Part shown: positions 17,650-26,594 of the stretch, in pieces
Numbering within the stretch: position 1 is the stretch's first letter
How the letters are laid out: every line of letters starts with the position of its first letter
IMG/VR virus record: IMGVR_UViG_3300032270_000152
Span: 1-41,631 of that record
DNA: 41,631 nucleotides
Direction: 5' to 3' (one strand)
Origin: a virus
Lineage: Duplodnaviria; Caudoviricetes
Translations under genes and position numbers: made by a program
Notes under the pieces: model-generated
What the model was told of the DNA's origin: nothing
Databases searched by the model: none
The model's input: the letters and a program-made list of their open reading frames with translations, nothing else

Positions 17650-18050
17650 CAGTCAGCCCTCCCGAGCTTGTCAGCTTCAGCCCGCGCCCATTGCGTCATC
17701 TCGCGGGCGATGAGATCAGTCCAACCTGCGGGCGCTTGCGGGCTGTGGCCATTAGCCAGTGGCTCGGCGTATGGGAGGCTGTTGTGGATGTGATAGCTGT
17801 TGCCAGCGCGCTCCACCTGGTAATCCAGCCGCCGCGGCGGCAGCACTGCGCCGCCTCCGGCCTGCGGTCCGGCGTCATAGCCTGGCGTGCCCTGCTCGCT
17901 GATGGCCCAGCTCATCCTGAACCGTCCCGTATCAACAGGGCTGCCAAGCTTCAACCGGCCATCAACCTCCAGCACCACCACGCGCAGGAGCTGTTCGTAC
18001 TTCTCAGTGGAGTAGCTGCCGATCTGGGATAGGTTGATGCGACGCGTCAT
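17649..18050 (-). CDS. tail completion / neck protein (HK97 gp10-like)
   Basis: SPVDTGRFRMSW, NSLPYAEPL..GHSPQAPAGW. Confidence 0.85.
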   Translation of the reverse strand: MTRRINLSQIGSYSTEKYEQLLRVVVLEVDGRLKLGSPVDTGRFRMSWAISEQGTPGYDAGPQAGGGAVLPPRRLDYQVERAGNSYHIHNSLPYAEPLANGHSPQAPAGWTDLIAREMTQWARAEADKLGRAD

Positions 18051-18052
18051 GA

Positions 18053-18409
18053 TCAGGCCCTCAGGATCAGCTCGTAGGTGATGGCCGTGTTGTCCTGCTC
18101 GATCGTCTGCACGCGGATGATCTGATGCGACACCGTGCTGATCACCACGCGGTCAGCCGTGTTAGGCGTCACGGCAAGATCCGCAGCCGCCAGGATCAGC
18201 CGCTTGTCGTTGGCTTGGATCAGCTCATTGACCTCACGCTTGTTGACGTCCTCCAGCACGCCACGCACCGTGTAATCGGCAGTGGTTTCAGTGATGGCGC
18301 CAGTCGTGGCGTTGTAGGCGCCACTGCTCACCTGGCGGTAGGTCAAGCTGCCGCCGAACTTAGCCATCAGCTTGGTGGCTGCCTTTCGTAGCGAGCTTGC
18401 AAGTGCCAT
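18053..18409 (-). CDS. head closure protein
   Basis: GAYNATTG, IQANDKRL; position in the head-tail connector block. Confidence 0.75.
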   Translation of the reverse strand: MALASSLRKAATKLMAKFGGSLTYRQVSSGAYNATTGAITETTADYTVRGVLEDVNKREVNELIQANDKRLILAAADLAVTPNTADRVVISTVSHQIIRVQTIEQDNTAITYELILRA

Positions 18410-18657
18410 CAGAGCTTGTAGGCGACGCAGTGGCCAGCCGACAGGTTAATGCTGGTGAACACACCGTACAGCGTAGTTGAGGCGCCGAAAGTTTGCCCTG
18501 ACAACGTACTGCCGTCGTAGTTCGCCGAGACAATAGTGTCGATATGCGTGTTAGTCGTGAAGTGAATCGCGCACCATCGTCCCGTATGCGTTGTGGTGTC
18601 ACCGACGAAGGTAGCGCCTTTTGCGTAATCAATGCCTAGGACGTTGGAGTCGCTCAT
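18409..18657 (-). CDS. small beta-rich virion protein (paralog B)
   Basis: DTTTHTGRW...GVFTSINLSAGHCVAYKL. Confidence 0.75.
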   Translation of the reverse strand: MSDSNVLGIDYAKGATFVGDTTTHTGRWCAIHFTTNTHIDTIVSANYDGSTLSGQTFGASTTLYGVFTSINLSAGHCVAYKL

Positions 18658-18659
18658 GA

Positions 18660-18887
18660 TCAAATCTTGTAGGCGGCGATCTTGCCGGAGGCCAGCGTCA
18701 CGCTGGTGAACACCGCCTCGACTGACTGCCCGGCCTTCAGTGGCACGCTGGTGAAGGTGTTGCCGGTCTGGTTCAGAATCACGGCGCTGGCGATCACCGA
18801 ATCTTCAAAGGCCACAAGCTCATTGAACCGCCCCGTATGCGCAGCGGTGTCGCTGATGTATTCAAAGCCGATGGCGTATTCAGACAT
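18660..18887 (-). CDS. small beta-rich virion protein (paralog A)
   Basis: DTAAHTGRF...AVFTSVTLASGKIAAYKI. Confidence 0.75.
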   Translation of the reverse strand: MSEYAIGFEYISDTAAHTGRFNELVAFEDSVIASAVILNQTGNTFTSVPLKAGQSVEAVFTSVTLASGKIAAYKI

Positions 18888-18889
18888 GA

Positions 18890-19444
18890 TCAGCTCCGGC
18901 GGATGGCGATGTTGCCTGGCCCACTGATTCTAAGCCCTGTCAGGTAGCGCTCCATGAGTGGTGGCACCTTGTCAACGCCCATCGACTGCGCTGGCGTCAC
19001 ATCTAAGCTGCCGATCTTGACATTTTTATAGTCCTCAAGTCCGGTAAGCCCCAGTCCGTCGGTGTTGTTGTTGAGGTAGATGGCAAGCACCACCTGCGCC
19101 CGCTTGACCTGATCCGGGATCTCGGTGTCGGTGAAGTAATCGGTTGTGATGCGGAATGGGAAGCCAACTGCGTATGTATTGATGTAGGTGTCAGGCTTGC
19201 GAACGCCGGTTCTGGGCCATTGCATTGACTGAGTGTCAGTAGCGCGAGCACCAAGGAACCTTTCACGATCCAGCCTCTGCGCAGCGGTGTAAAGTGCGCG
19301 ATTCTTGGCGTCAGTAGTTGCTGTTCCCCATGCGGTGACATCAGCATCTTGCACCATGCCGTCAACGATGGCTTGCGCATCAGCCAGCGTCAGATAGGAG
19401 TTGGCGCTTGCGCCGCCCACTGTTGCGTTGAGGCTGATCGCCAT
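18890..19444 (-). CDS. head-tail adaptor protein (DnaT-like family)
   Basis: ANSYLTLADA, QSMQWPR, IPDQVKRAQ, VKIGSLDV. Confidence 0.85.
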   Translation of the reverse strand: MAISLNATVGGASANSYLTLADAQAIVDGMVQDADVTAWGTATTDAKNRALYTAAQRLDRERFLGARATDTQSMQWPRTGVRKPDTYINTYAVGFPFRITTDYFTDTEIPDQVKRAQVVLAIYLNNNTDGLGLTGLEDYKNVKIGSLDVTPAQSMGVDKVPPLMERYLTGLRISGPGNIAIRRS

Positions 19445-19568
19445 TGAATCGCTCGGTAGTGTCGTCAGTTGCTACGTCAAGCGTAGCCGGGCTCTCTGTG
19501 GAAAAAGAGGCCGCCTCCAAAGAGGCAGCCTCGCGTTCACGCAGTCGCCTAAAAGCGAACAGCCCCAT
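19380..19568 (-). CDS. small hypothetical protein
   Basis: MGLFAFRRLREREAAS; TGATG coupling to the upstream gene. Confidence 0.65.
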   Translation of the reverse strand: MGLFAFRRLREREAASLEAASFSTESPATLDVATDDTTERFNGDQPQRNSGRRKRQLLSDAG

Positions 19569-19981
19569 CAGGCAACAGCAGATCCAGTGGATCCAAGGCC
19601 GTAGAGGGTGATGGCCTGGGAGCCTGCGGTCACGTTGGTGACGTAGCCGATGAACTCCTTCGAGGCGTTCTGCACCACGGTGGCAACACCGGAAACAGTC
19701 ACGCCAGAGCCGCCACCAACGGTGATGGTGATGGCGCTAGCCGCAGCGTTCAGCACAACAACGCGAAAGCACGTACCAACTGCGCAGTCACCGCCGATGG
19801 CGGAGATGATGGCGGAGGCGGCTGCCGTCGTGTAGGTGGCGGTGCTGGTAGGCACGCCACGCACGATTGCGTTGTAGGACTGAGCAGCGGTCAAGGTGGC
19901 CGTGTTGGTCACCTCGGCAAGGGTGCATTGACCTGGCAGAAGGCCACCAGGAATGTCACCGAGTTCAAAGATCGAAGCCAT
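19568..19981 (-). CDS. putative capsid decoration protein
   Basis: Ala/Thr/Gly/Val-rich beta protein right after the capsid gene; GGAGG upstream. Confidence 0.65.
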   Translation of the reverse strand: MASIFELGDIPGGLLPGQCTLAEVTNTATLTAAQSYNAIVRGVPTSTATYTTAAASAIISAIGGDCAVGTCFRVVVLNAAASAITITVGGGSGVTVSGVATVVQNASKEFIGYVTNVTAGSQAITLYGLGSTGSAVA

Positions 19982-19996
19982 GGTTAGGTCCTCCTA

Positions 19997-21001
19997 TCAG
20001 TCGTAGTTGGACGTGATGGTCGCGCGGACGATACCAATGTTCTTGGTTTCGTACACCTTCGACCAGTTACCAACCGTGGCCAGCTGTGCGCCGGTCGGGT
20101 TGGTGGTGGTGACGGCCCACTTGGCACCTACCGGGTGGTAGATGTTGTGCCAGTCAACGGCCATGGCATCGGACTTGGCCAGGATGTCCCGGTCGGTCTC
20201 GGTGCGTAGTGCCTGCTGCTCACCGGTGGCGACGGCGCCTTGGGTGAAGAAGTAGCAGGCGTAGTTGCCGCCGCTGTTGGTGATGTCGTCGGAGACGATC
20301 ACGCGCAGGCCCATGTAGGTCGGGACTGAGTTGTCACCGCCATAGGCAGAGACCAGCGAGCCACCGCTGAAGGTGGTGGTGGTGCCACGAGCGTCAGCAG
20401 TGCTGACGTAGTCGATGGCTTTGCGCTCCACGAGGTCGTAATAGCAGGCGCTGTGCATGGCAACAGCAGCCAGCTTGTCACCTTGATCACCGAGCTTGGC
20501 GCGGGCTTGCGCGACCTGCTTCGGCCCCAGGGTGGTCATGCCACTGGTGTCAAAGCGCAGCGCATCAAAGGCGGGAGAGTCGGAGCCGGTGAGGCTGCCG
20601 AACACGCCTTCAAGGCACTTGTAGAGGTCCTTCTGTTGTTGGTTGGCGATGTACTCGCCGACCTTGTCGCCGATAGCGGCCATGGGATCAGCGCCGGCAG
20701 CAAGAGCCGCCAGGTCGCGTGATTCAAAAGCGCGGCCACGGTGAAGGATCACGCCGATTTGCTTGTCGGCTGTGATCTTGCCAGGCGTGAGGCTGGTTGA
20801 ATCGGTCAGCACTTCAGCGTCGCCGCTGAGGTTGGCTTTCCAGAATGGGATGTTGACAAAGTCACCGCCCTCGGTGGCATTCAGCTCCGCCATGGGTTGA
20901 GCCACGCCACTTTGCAGGAACTGGTTCCTGACGGTGGTTTGCTCAATGACGTACGGAGTAAAAACCTCGGGGATGATGACATCGGAGCGAAGAGTCGCCA
21001 C
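19997..21001 (-). CDS. major capsid protein
   Basis: SDVIIPEVFTPY, GDFVNIPFWKANLSGD, ETDRDILAKSD; AGGAG upstream of GTG; follows the scaffold gene. Confidence 0.92.
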   Translation of the reverse strand: MATLRSDVIIPEVFTPYVIEQTTVRNQFLQSGVAQPMAELNATEGGDFVNIPFWKANLSGDAEVLTDSTSLTPGKITADKQIGVILHRGRAFESRDLAALAAGADPMAAIGDKVGEYIANQQQKDLYKCLEGVFGSLTGSDSPAFDALRFDTSGMTTLGPKQVAQARAKLGDQGDKLAAVAMHSACYYDLVERKAIDYVSTADARGTTTTFSGGSLVSAYGGDNSVPTYMGLRVIVSDDITNSGGNYACYFFTQGAVATGEQQALRTETDRDILAKSDAMAVDWHNIYHPVGAKWAVTTTNPTGAQLATVGNWSKVYETKNIGIVRATITSNYD

Positions 21002-21074
21002 GGTGTTTCTCCTGAAGGGGATTTGTGATCAGTGGGCGCAGCCCTTGGCACCAGCGCGGCCGGTTGTGATTATC

Positions 21075-21746
21075 TTAGCGATTCGCAGATGCTTTGAGTC
21101 TTTCGTATAGATCCCGATCAGTCTTAAAGAGCCGTGATTGCTCGGTGAGATTGAACGATTCGCGGCTGAATGGGTTTTTGATGCCAATTGTGGCGGTGCT
21201 GCTCACCTGCCCTGATGGCGCTCCGCCGCCTTGAGGCTTGGGTTGCTTCTGCATCCATGCCGGCAGACTCTTGGCCCATTCGCCCATTGGCGTCCGCTGG
21301 TAGCCGTCAACCACAACCACAGTGCCGTCAGGCTCGCGTTCGATCTGATCGGCGCTGAGCTTGGTCTTTAGCACCATGTCTGGATCATGCACGATGTCGG
21401 CCAGTGCGGTCACTGCTGGAGTGATGAGTTCCAGTTCTCGGACTCTGACTTCAAGCTCGGCAATGCGCTTGTCCTTCTCCGCCGTCGCCTCGCGGAACTG
21501 CTGCTCCAGAGCCTGTCGAGCTTCCTGATAGTTTCCTTTCGACTCAAGCTGTTGCTGCTCGTAGCTTCGCTTGAACTCCAGCAATTCATCGACATTGACA
21601 CCATCCGGCAGCTTGGGTGCTTTCTTGGCTGCACGCAGCTCTGCAATCAGCTCTTGATTCTTTCGCTCAAGCGCCTCAATGCTGCGCTGCAGCGTTTCAG
21701 CCTCACCAGTTGCCGCAGGCTCCTGGTTCTGGATTTCATCAGACAT
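21075..21746 (-). CDS. capsid scaffolding protein
   Basis: Coiled coil, Gly/Pro linker, C-terminal KNPF...FNLTEQSRL. Confidence 0.8.
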   Translation of the reverse strand: MSDEIQNQEPAATGEAETLQRSIEALERKNQELIAELRAAKKAPKLPDGVNVDELLEFKRSYEQQQLESKGNYQEARQALEQQFREATAEKDKRIAELEVRVRELELITPAVTALADIVHDPDMVLKTKLSADQIEREPDGTVVVVDGYQRTPMGEWAKSLPAWMQKQPKPQGGGAPSGQVSSTATIGIKNPFSRESFNLTEQSRLFKTDRDLYERLKASANR

Positions 21747-21778
21747 GAACAACCCGCAGGGTCAAATACAGATCAAGG

Positions 21779-22054
21779 CTACCATTTTTCGCGGTTGGCC
21801 CAGTAGGCGGGCGACATCTTGCCTTTGGCTATGTTGACGGCATGACGCGCCTTGAATGATGCCCTTCTGGCCTTGTCTGCTGCTGTTTCTCCTTTTCGTG
21901 GCGGAGAGCCAGATACGCCCTGCTGACCGAAACGAATAAGCTTCACCGTCTCGCCTTCCTTGGCGAGTACGGCATGGGATTTGGTTGGGTGGTTCGGCGT
22001 GCGCTTGGGCTGGTTGTAACCCTCGAACTGCTCACCGCGGTAGGTGATGGTCAC
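21779..22054 (-). CDS. basic hypothetical phage protein
   Basis: KLIRFGQQG...RRASFKARH...SPAYWANREKW; GTGA overlap. Confidence 0.8.
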   Translation of the reverse strand: MTITYRGEQFEGYNQPKRTPNHPTKSHAVLAKEGETVKLIRFGQQGVSGSPPRKGETAADKARRASFKARHAVNIAKGKMSPAYWANREKW

Positions 22055-22221
22055 TTGCGTTTCGGCTTGCGTGGCTTGGCAGTTTTGGCCGCGGCCTTGA
22101 ATGCACCCTTGTCTGGGTAGTCAGCTTCACCGGGTCGCGCCTTGCGTTCCTTGGCGCCAGACTCAATCCGTTCGCGCTTGGCGTTGATGTTGGCGTAGAG
22201 GCCGGGCTTCTTGCGTGCCAT
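22051..22221 (-). CDS. small basic protein (not in ORF track)
   Basis: MARKKPGLYANINAKRERIESG...KPRKPKRK; coupled on both sides. Confidence 0.75.
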   Translation of the reverse strand: MARKKPGLYANINAKRERIESGAKERKARPGEADYPDKGAFKAAAKTAKPRKPKRK

Positions 22222-22391
22222 TACTTCCGCTTCCGTGACTTACCGGCTTCGCTCAATGCGATGGCAATCGCCTGCTTGCGGCTCTTGACCTTCGGTCCTT
22301 TGCCGGGACCTGGTTTGCCGGTGTTCAAGGTGCCGCGCTTGAACTCGCCCATGATCTTGGCGACCTTGTCAACCTTCTTGGATTTTGCCAT
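22221..22391 (-). CDS. small basic protein, DUF6496-like (not in ORF track)
   Basis: MAKSKKVDKVAKIMGEFKRGTL...VKSRKQAIAIALSEAG. Confidence 0.8.
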   Translation of the reverse strand: MAKSKKVDKVAKIMGEFKRGTLNTGKPGPGKGPKVKSRKQAIAIALSEAGKSRKRK

Positions 22392-23592
22392 ATCGCTTCT
22401 GAAGGTCCTTCAAGGTTAGCTCTGACCCATCATCACGAACGAGCTTGGCGATGGCATCCTTTGGGCCGTACTTGTCGGACAGTCGATTGAAGTAGGCGGT
22501 CTTGCCTTTGCCGAGCACTTCCTCCTGTGTCTCCTTGGATTGTTTGCTCAGCCAGTCGCCGTAGGACTGGTTTGCAGGCACTTGGCCATCCATTGACGCA
22601 CGCCTTGCCGGTGGTGGTGGGCTGAAGCCGAGGCCCTCGTAGTCGATCACCGGAACGGTCGTTGAGCGGCAGTTGAAATGCTGTGGCGGCATTGGTCCTT
22701 GACCGTACGAAAACTCCCGGCCATCCAAGGCGCGGCAGATGCTGCTGGTTCTGGTGTCAAGCGTGGCGACGTACTTGTATTTCTTGGTGATGTCCTGATT
22801 CGCCTCGTAGACCTGCTGACTGGCGGTGTTAGCGACCTGGTTGATGCTGGTGCGGACGAGTGCCATGACCTGGTTGTTGGCCACCGCGGTGGATTGGCCA
22901 CCAGCGGCGATGAGCTGCTTGACCGTACGAGCCTCCTCGCCGAACTGGAGATTACCGATCAGCCGTTTGGCGATGGATGGCGTCGTCTCACCTGTTAGCA
23001 GGCCATTCCTCACCACCTGGCTGAACCGCTCTGCCTGATCCACAGCGATGCCCCGAAACGCCTTCTCCACGGTGCTGCCATTGGGCAATGTGATCGTTGC
23101 ACCCTTGGCTGCGGTGAGATTGAACGTACCGGTGCCGGCTTGCTGCGCTAGGGCTTCGGTGCCGTAGACGGACTTGTACAGGTCATCCGATAGCGCAACC
23201 ACATTCAGCTGCGTCGGGTCGGTCGTCACCACCGACTGCGCAAACTGCGGGCTGATCTCAACCGTGTTGACGATGCTGCGGCTGCCGGCCGGTAACGCCT
23301 TCCGCAGCTGCTCGGTCACAAACTCAGATTGGAGCTGCGCGAGGCCTTGCAGCTCGGTGGCAGTCAGCTCAGTGCTGTCGCCTGCCCATGTCGCCAGGCT
23401 GTCCTTCAGCTGCGCCAAGATGCCGCGAAGCCGTGCAGCTTTCACCGGTGCCGACAACTCGTCAATGGTGCGGAGCTGGTTCACCGCATCAATGATGATG
23501 TCGTTGTAAGCATTGATCACCCGCCTGCCGACGCTATTGCTGTAGCGGTTCAGGTCGATCGCGTTGCGGTACAGGCTGCTAGGAGTGCTCAT
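22369..23592 (-). CDS. minor head / head morphogenesis protein (SPP1 gp7, Mu gpF family)
   Basis: YVATLDTRTSSICRALDG...PPQHFNCRS. Confidence 0.93.
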   Translation of the reverse strand: MSTPSSLYRNAIDLNRYSNSVGRRVINAYNDIIIDAVNQLRTIDELSAPVKAARLRGILAQLKDSLATWAGDSTELTATELQGLAQLQSEFVTEQLRKALPAGSRSIVNTVEISPQFAQSVVTTDPTQLNVVALSDDLYKSVYGTEALAQQAGTGTFNLTAAKGATITLPNGSTVEKAFRGIAVDQAERFSQVVRNGLLTGETTPSIAKRLIGNLQFGEEARTVKQLIAAGGQSTAVANNQVMALVRTSINQVANTASQQVYEANQDITKKYKYVATLDTRTSSICRALDGREFSYGQGPMPPQHFNCRSTTVPVIDYEGLGFSPPPPARRASMDGQVPANQSYGDWLSKQSKETQEEVLGKGKTAYFNRLSDKYGPKDAIAKLVRDDGSELTLKDLQKRYGKIQEG

Positions 23593-23843
23593 GGCTCGAT
23601 GCCAAGGTCCTGCGGGTTGTATGCCGATTGGATGCTGATGTTGGCGCCGCCGATCAGTCCGGTGCTCACGATCTCATCGAAGGCGTCATACCCGCGTTGA
23701 CCGTCTTCCATCAGGATCACTTCATCAACGCCGTCTGCCTTGTCGCCCTTGTACCAAGTTGTCCTGATGATTGCCAGGATTTCATCGGGCAGGTTGGTGA
23801 TCGTGTAATCGACCGTCTGGCCACGGCGGTTGGGCTTGGCCAT
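23589..23843 (-). CDS. hypothetical protein
   Basis: Fills the portal-to-minor-head gap with an ATGA overlap; start uncertain (23843 or up to 23906). Confidence 0.65.
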   Translation of the reverse strand: MAKPNRRGQTVDYTITNLPDEILAIIRTTWYKGDKADGVDEVILMEDGQRGYDAFDEIVSTGLIGGANISIQSAYNPQDLGIEP

Positions 23844-23853
23844 GAGTGCAAGC

Positions 23854-25239
23854 CTAAGCAGCAGCTTGGCTGTCCATTGTCTCAAGGCCACCATTCGACG
23901 TTGCATCTAGCTCCTCCTCAACGTTGAAGTCATCCCCCAGGATTTCACCATCAGCCAGCTGCTGTAGCAGGGTTTCCTGGGTGATGGTCCCGGCAGTGTA
24001 AAGAGCCAAGAGCGACTGGATCTCCTGCGGTTCGAGCCTGCTGCCGACGAAGTCACGATTCACCAGGCAGCTGCCAGCGGCTTCATTCTGCCCGAGGAAC
24101 TGCGCGTGGAATTGCAGGCAGTTGTCGATCATGTCCTGCACGTTCTGCGCAATCACCATCATGGTGCTGTCGCCTTGACTGCGGTCGATCCGCTTCGCCT
24201 CGGCGGTCTCGGCGCTGAGCTTCTGGCCTAGCACTGCTGACAGGCCCAACTCGTTGATCTGCATCGCAAGCTGCTCAAGCCTGCGGAACTGGTAATCGAA
24301 GCTGCGGCCTTGCGGTTCGATATACTCGGCGCGGCCTTCAGCGGGGAAGGCGATCGCCTCGCCAGGTCCGGCTGACACTTCCTCGGCGGCAGTCGGGAAG
24401 CCGAAGAACGCCAGCATCGGCACTGCTGAGATATGGAGCTGGTTGTCGAGGTCGGACTGCACCTGATAGGTCTTCAGGTTCAGTTCTGCAATGTCCTCCA
24501 TCGGCGGCCGTGACTCCATGAAGCCGTGACGGTTCCCGTAGGCGACGCTGAACGGGATCACGTCAAGACTTGTGGTGCCTTCATCCGTGACCTTGAACTC
24601 GCCATCGTCCTGCCGCTGATGGATCTGGAATTGCCCTGGCGTCAGTACCCGCACCTGCTCGATCGCCTTCTCGCCATAGAGGCCATCAGGCACGACGACG
24701 GATTCCATCAGCCGCAATTGAACCAGCTGCTGCGCTCCATCGCGCTGCTCAGTACGCCAGCCGAGGATCTGCCGTGGCGTGTAGGTGCACCAGTACGGGC
24801 GACCGCCATCGGACGGAGCATCAACCAACGTGCCGACGTGGCCGTAACGGATCAGTTTCCGCGCGGTCTCGTAGGTCCAGACGTTCAGGTCATTGCCTTG
24901 CAGGTCAACATCAAACAGCTGCTCGCGGATCGTGTCGCTGGTATCGGTGAGCCTGACGGGCTTGCGTGTCAGCATCCCAGCCAGCATCCGCTCCAGCCGC
25001 TGGTAATACGGCGGCACCACGCTGCGGGCCAGTCGGTTGTCATAGGACTCGTCAAGCTCGCGGGGCTCCTGCGGCAGGTAACGGCGATGCTTTCGCCGCA
25101 TCCCGTAGGTGCCTTGCATCAGGTCTTCGATCAGGATCCAATGCGGCTCCTGCGCATACCATGCGGAGTTTGGATCGCTGACTGCAGTGACAGGCCGCTG
25201 GGCTGGATTGCGATCGTAGAACGAGTAGCCGGAATACAT
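23854..25239 (-). CDS. portal protein (DUF4055 family)
   Basis: YLPQEPRE...YDNRLAR, DVDLQGNDL, YGHVGTLVDAP; immediately downstream of terL. Confidence 0.9.
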   Translation of the reverse strand: MYSGYSFYDRNPAQRPVTAVSDPNSAWYAQEPHWILIEDLMQGTYGMRRKHRRYLPQEPRELDESYDNRLARSVVPPYYQRLERMLAGMLTRKPVRLTDTSDTIREQLFDVDLQGNDLNVWTYETARKLIRYGHVGTLVDAPSDGGRPYWCTYTPRQILGWRTEQRDGAQQLVQLRLMESVVVPDGLYGEKAIEQVRVLTPGQFQIHQRQDDGEFKVTDEGTTSLDVIPFSVAYGNRHGFMESRPPMEDIAELNLKTYQVQSDLDNQLHISAVPMLAFFGFPTAAEEVSAGPGEAIAFPAEGRAEYIEPQGRSFDYQFRRLEQLAMQINELGLSAVLGQKLSAETAEAKRIDRSQGDSTMMVIAQNVQDMIDNCLQFHAQFLGQNEAAGSCLVNRDFVGSRLEPQEIQSLLALYTAGTITQETLLQQLADGEILGDDFNVEEELDATSNGGLETMDSQAAA

Positions 25240-25241
25240 GA

Positions 25242-26594
25242 TCAGTACAGGCGGATTCCCGTGCTCCGGCCTGCGCCGGCATGTAGCGGGTTGAACTCAC
25301 GCCACACGAGATAGCCTAACGCGTCGTTCATGTGGTCATGCCCTGCATCCTTGTCAGGCTCGCCCTTCTCGCTGTAGCACTGCAATTCCAAGCATTCGAT
25401 CATCCGGCGGCAGGTGCTGGCGACCTTCAATCGCACCTCGCCCTTGCCGTTCTCCAATAGCGCCTGCACTGCTGCGACGCGATCGCGGACTGGCGGGTTG
25501 GCCTTGGGTGATTGGTTGCTGATGCCGTAGGACTCCAGGATCTGAATGTCGGTCTGGCTTGCGTTGGTGCTGCGGTTGCCACCGCTCGCGTCTGGGTAGC
25601 CGTAGATGCGATGGTCTGGATACCGCCTGCGGATCTCAGCGCCGAGTGCATCCGTGTCATGGGCGCCGCTGATCTCGTCGATGATCGCCAGGCCCTTGCC
25701 GCTGCGGACGCCGATGACCGCCGACATATTGCCCACGTTGAAGTCAACGCCAACTCTCAGCGGTTCGCGGCTGATGTCTGGCAACTCGGTGATCACATGC
25801 TTGGCGCGATCGAAGCGGTCGTACACGGTGCCGGTAGTGAGGTTGATGAACTCACCATCCAGGTAGGCGCGTAGCAGATTCGGGTCGTAGTTGGCCTGCA
25901 ACCGTTCGATGAAGTCCGCAGGCAGGTATGGGTTGTCCTGCGTCCGCATCTTGATCAACCGGCGATCGCTGCGACCTTGCGCATCCTCGCTGGCGAAGGT
26001 GTTGAACATCCACCGGAATCCCTCCGGCGTTGATGCTGCGCCAAACTGCCGGATGTTGCCCGACCGCAAACGACCAAGGATCTTCGGGAATGCTCGGCTG
26101 GCGATGCTTGGCGTCACGGTGTCGATCTCATCCGCCAGCACCCATGCAAGGTTCAGACCGATGATCCGCGTCCAGTTTTCAAAGCTGCGACATAGGATCT
26201 TGGTATCACCGCCAGGCAGGTGCAGCACATACTCCGGCAGCGGTGAGGCGCGGAAGGTGTAGGGGATCCCGTAGGACTCCAGGAAGTCATCAAAGTCGTT
26301 CTGCCAGATGTCCCGGATCAGCGGCCCGGTCGGCTCCATCACGGCACCGATAAATCCTTGATTGGCCGCGGCCAAATGCACAGCCTTGGCGCATAATGCC
26401 CGAGTCTTGCCGGCGCCATACCCTGCCGACACTCCGAGAATTTCGGTGGTCTGATCCTCGACGAACGCAAGCTGGCCAGGATGCAGGTCGTTGCGAATGG
26501 CAATCAGCTGCTCATCAAATCGCACCTCACTAGCGCCATTGCGCTCCAGTTGAAGCGTTGCAAGCCGTGCAACAATCGGATCAAGCGTTCGCAT
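25242..26594 (-). CDS. terL: terminase large subunit
   Basis: Walker A GYGAGKT, Walker B VLADEID, STPEG, nuclease GVDFN and DHMNDALGY. Confidence 0.95.
   Translation of the reverse strand: MRTLDPIVARLATLQLERNGASEVRFDEQLIAIRNDLHPGQLAFVEDQTTEILGVSAGYGAGKTRALCAKAVHLAAANQGFIGAVMEPTGPLIRDIWQNDFDDFLESYGIPYTFRASPLPEYVLHLPGGDTKILCRSFENWTRIIGLNLAWVLADEIDTVTPSIASRAFPKILGRLRSGNIRQFGAASTPEGFRWMFNTFASEDAQGRSDRRLIKMRTQDNPYLPADFIERLQANYDPNLLRAYLDGEFINLTTGTVYDRFDRAKHVITELPDISREPLRVGVDFNVGNMSAVIGVRSGKGLAIIDEISGAHDTDALGAEIRRRYPDHRIYGYPDASGGNRSTNASQTDIQILESYGISNQSPKANPPVRDRVAAVQALLENGKGEVRLKVASTCRRMIECLELQCYSEKGEPDKDAGHDHMNDALGYLVWREFNPLHAGAGRSTGIRLY

Noticed and set aside
24526-25314. Long antisense ORFs (also 1759..2370, 37740..38378, 40731..41561, 29292..29891)
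   Set aside because: They shadow well-supported genes on the opposite strand, have no recognisable motifs, and are expected in GC-rich DNA.
24350-25969. Cyanobacterial HIP1 (GCGATCGC) enrichment
   Set aside because: I noticed only a few sites (24350, 25479, 25962); enrichment cannot be claimed without a count against expectation.
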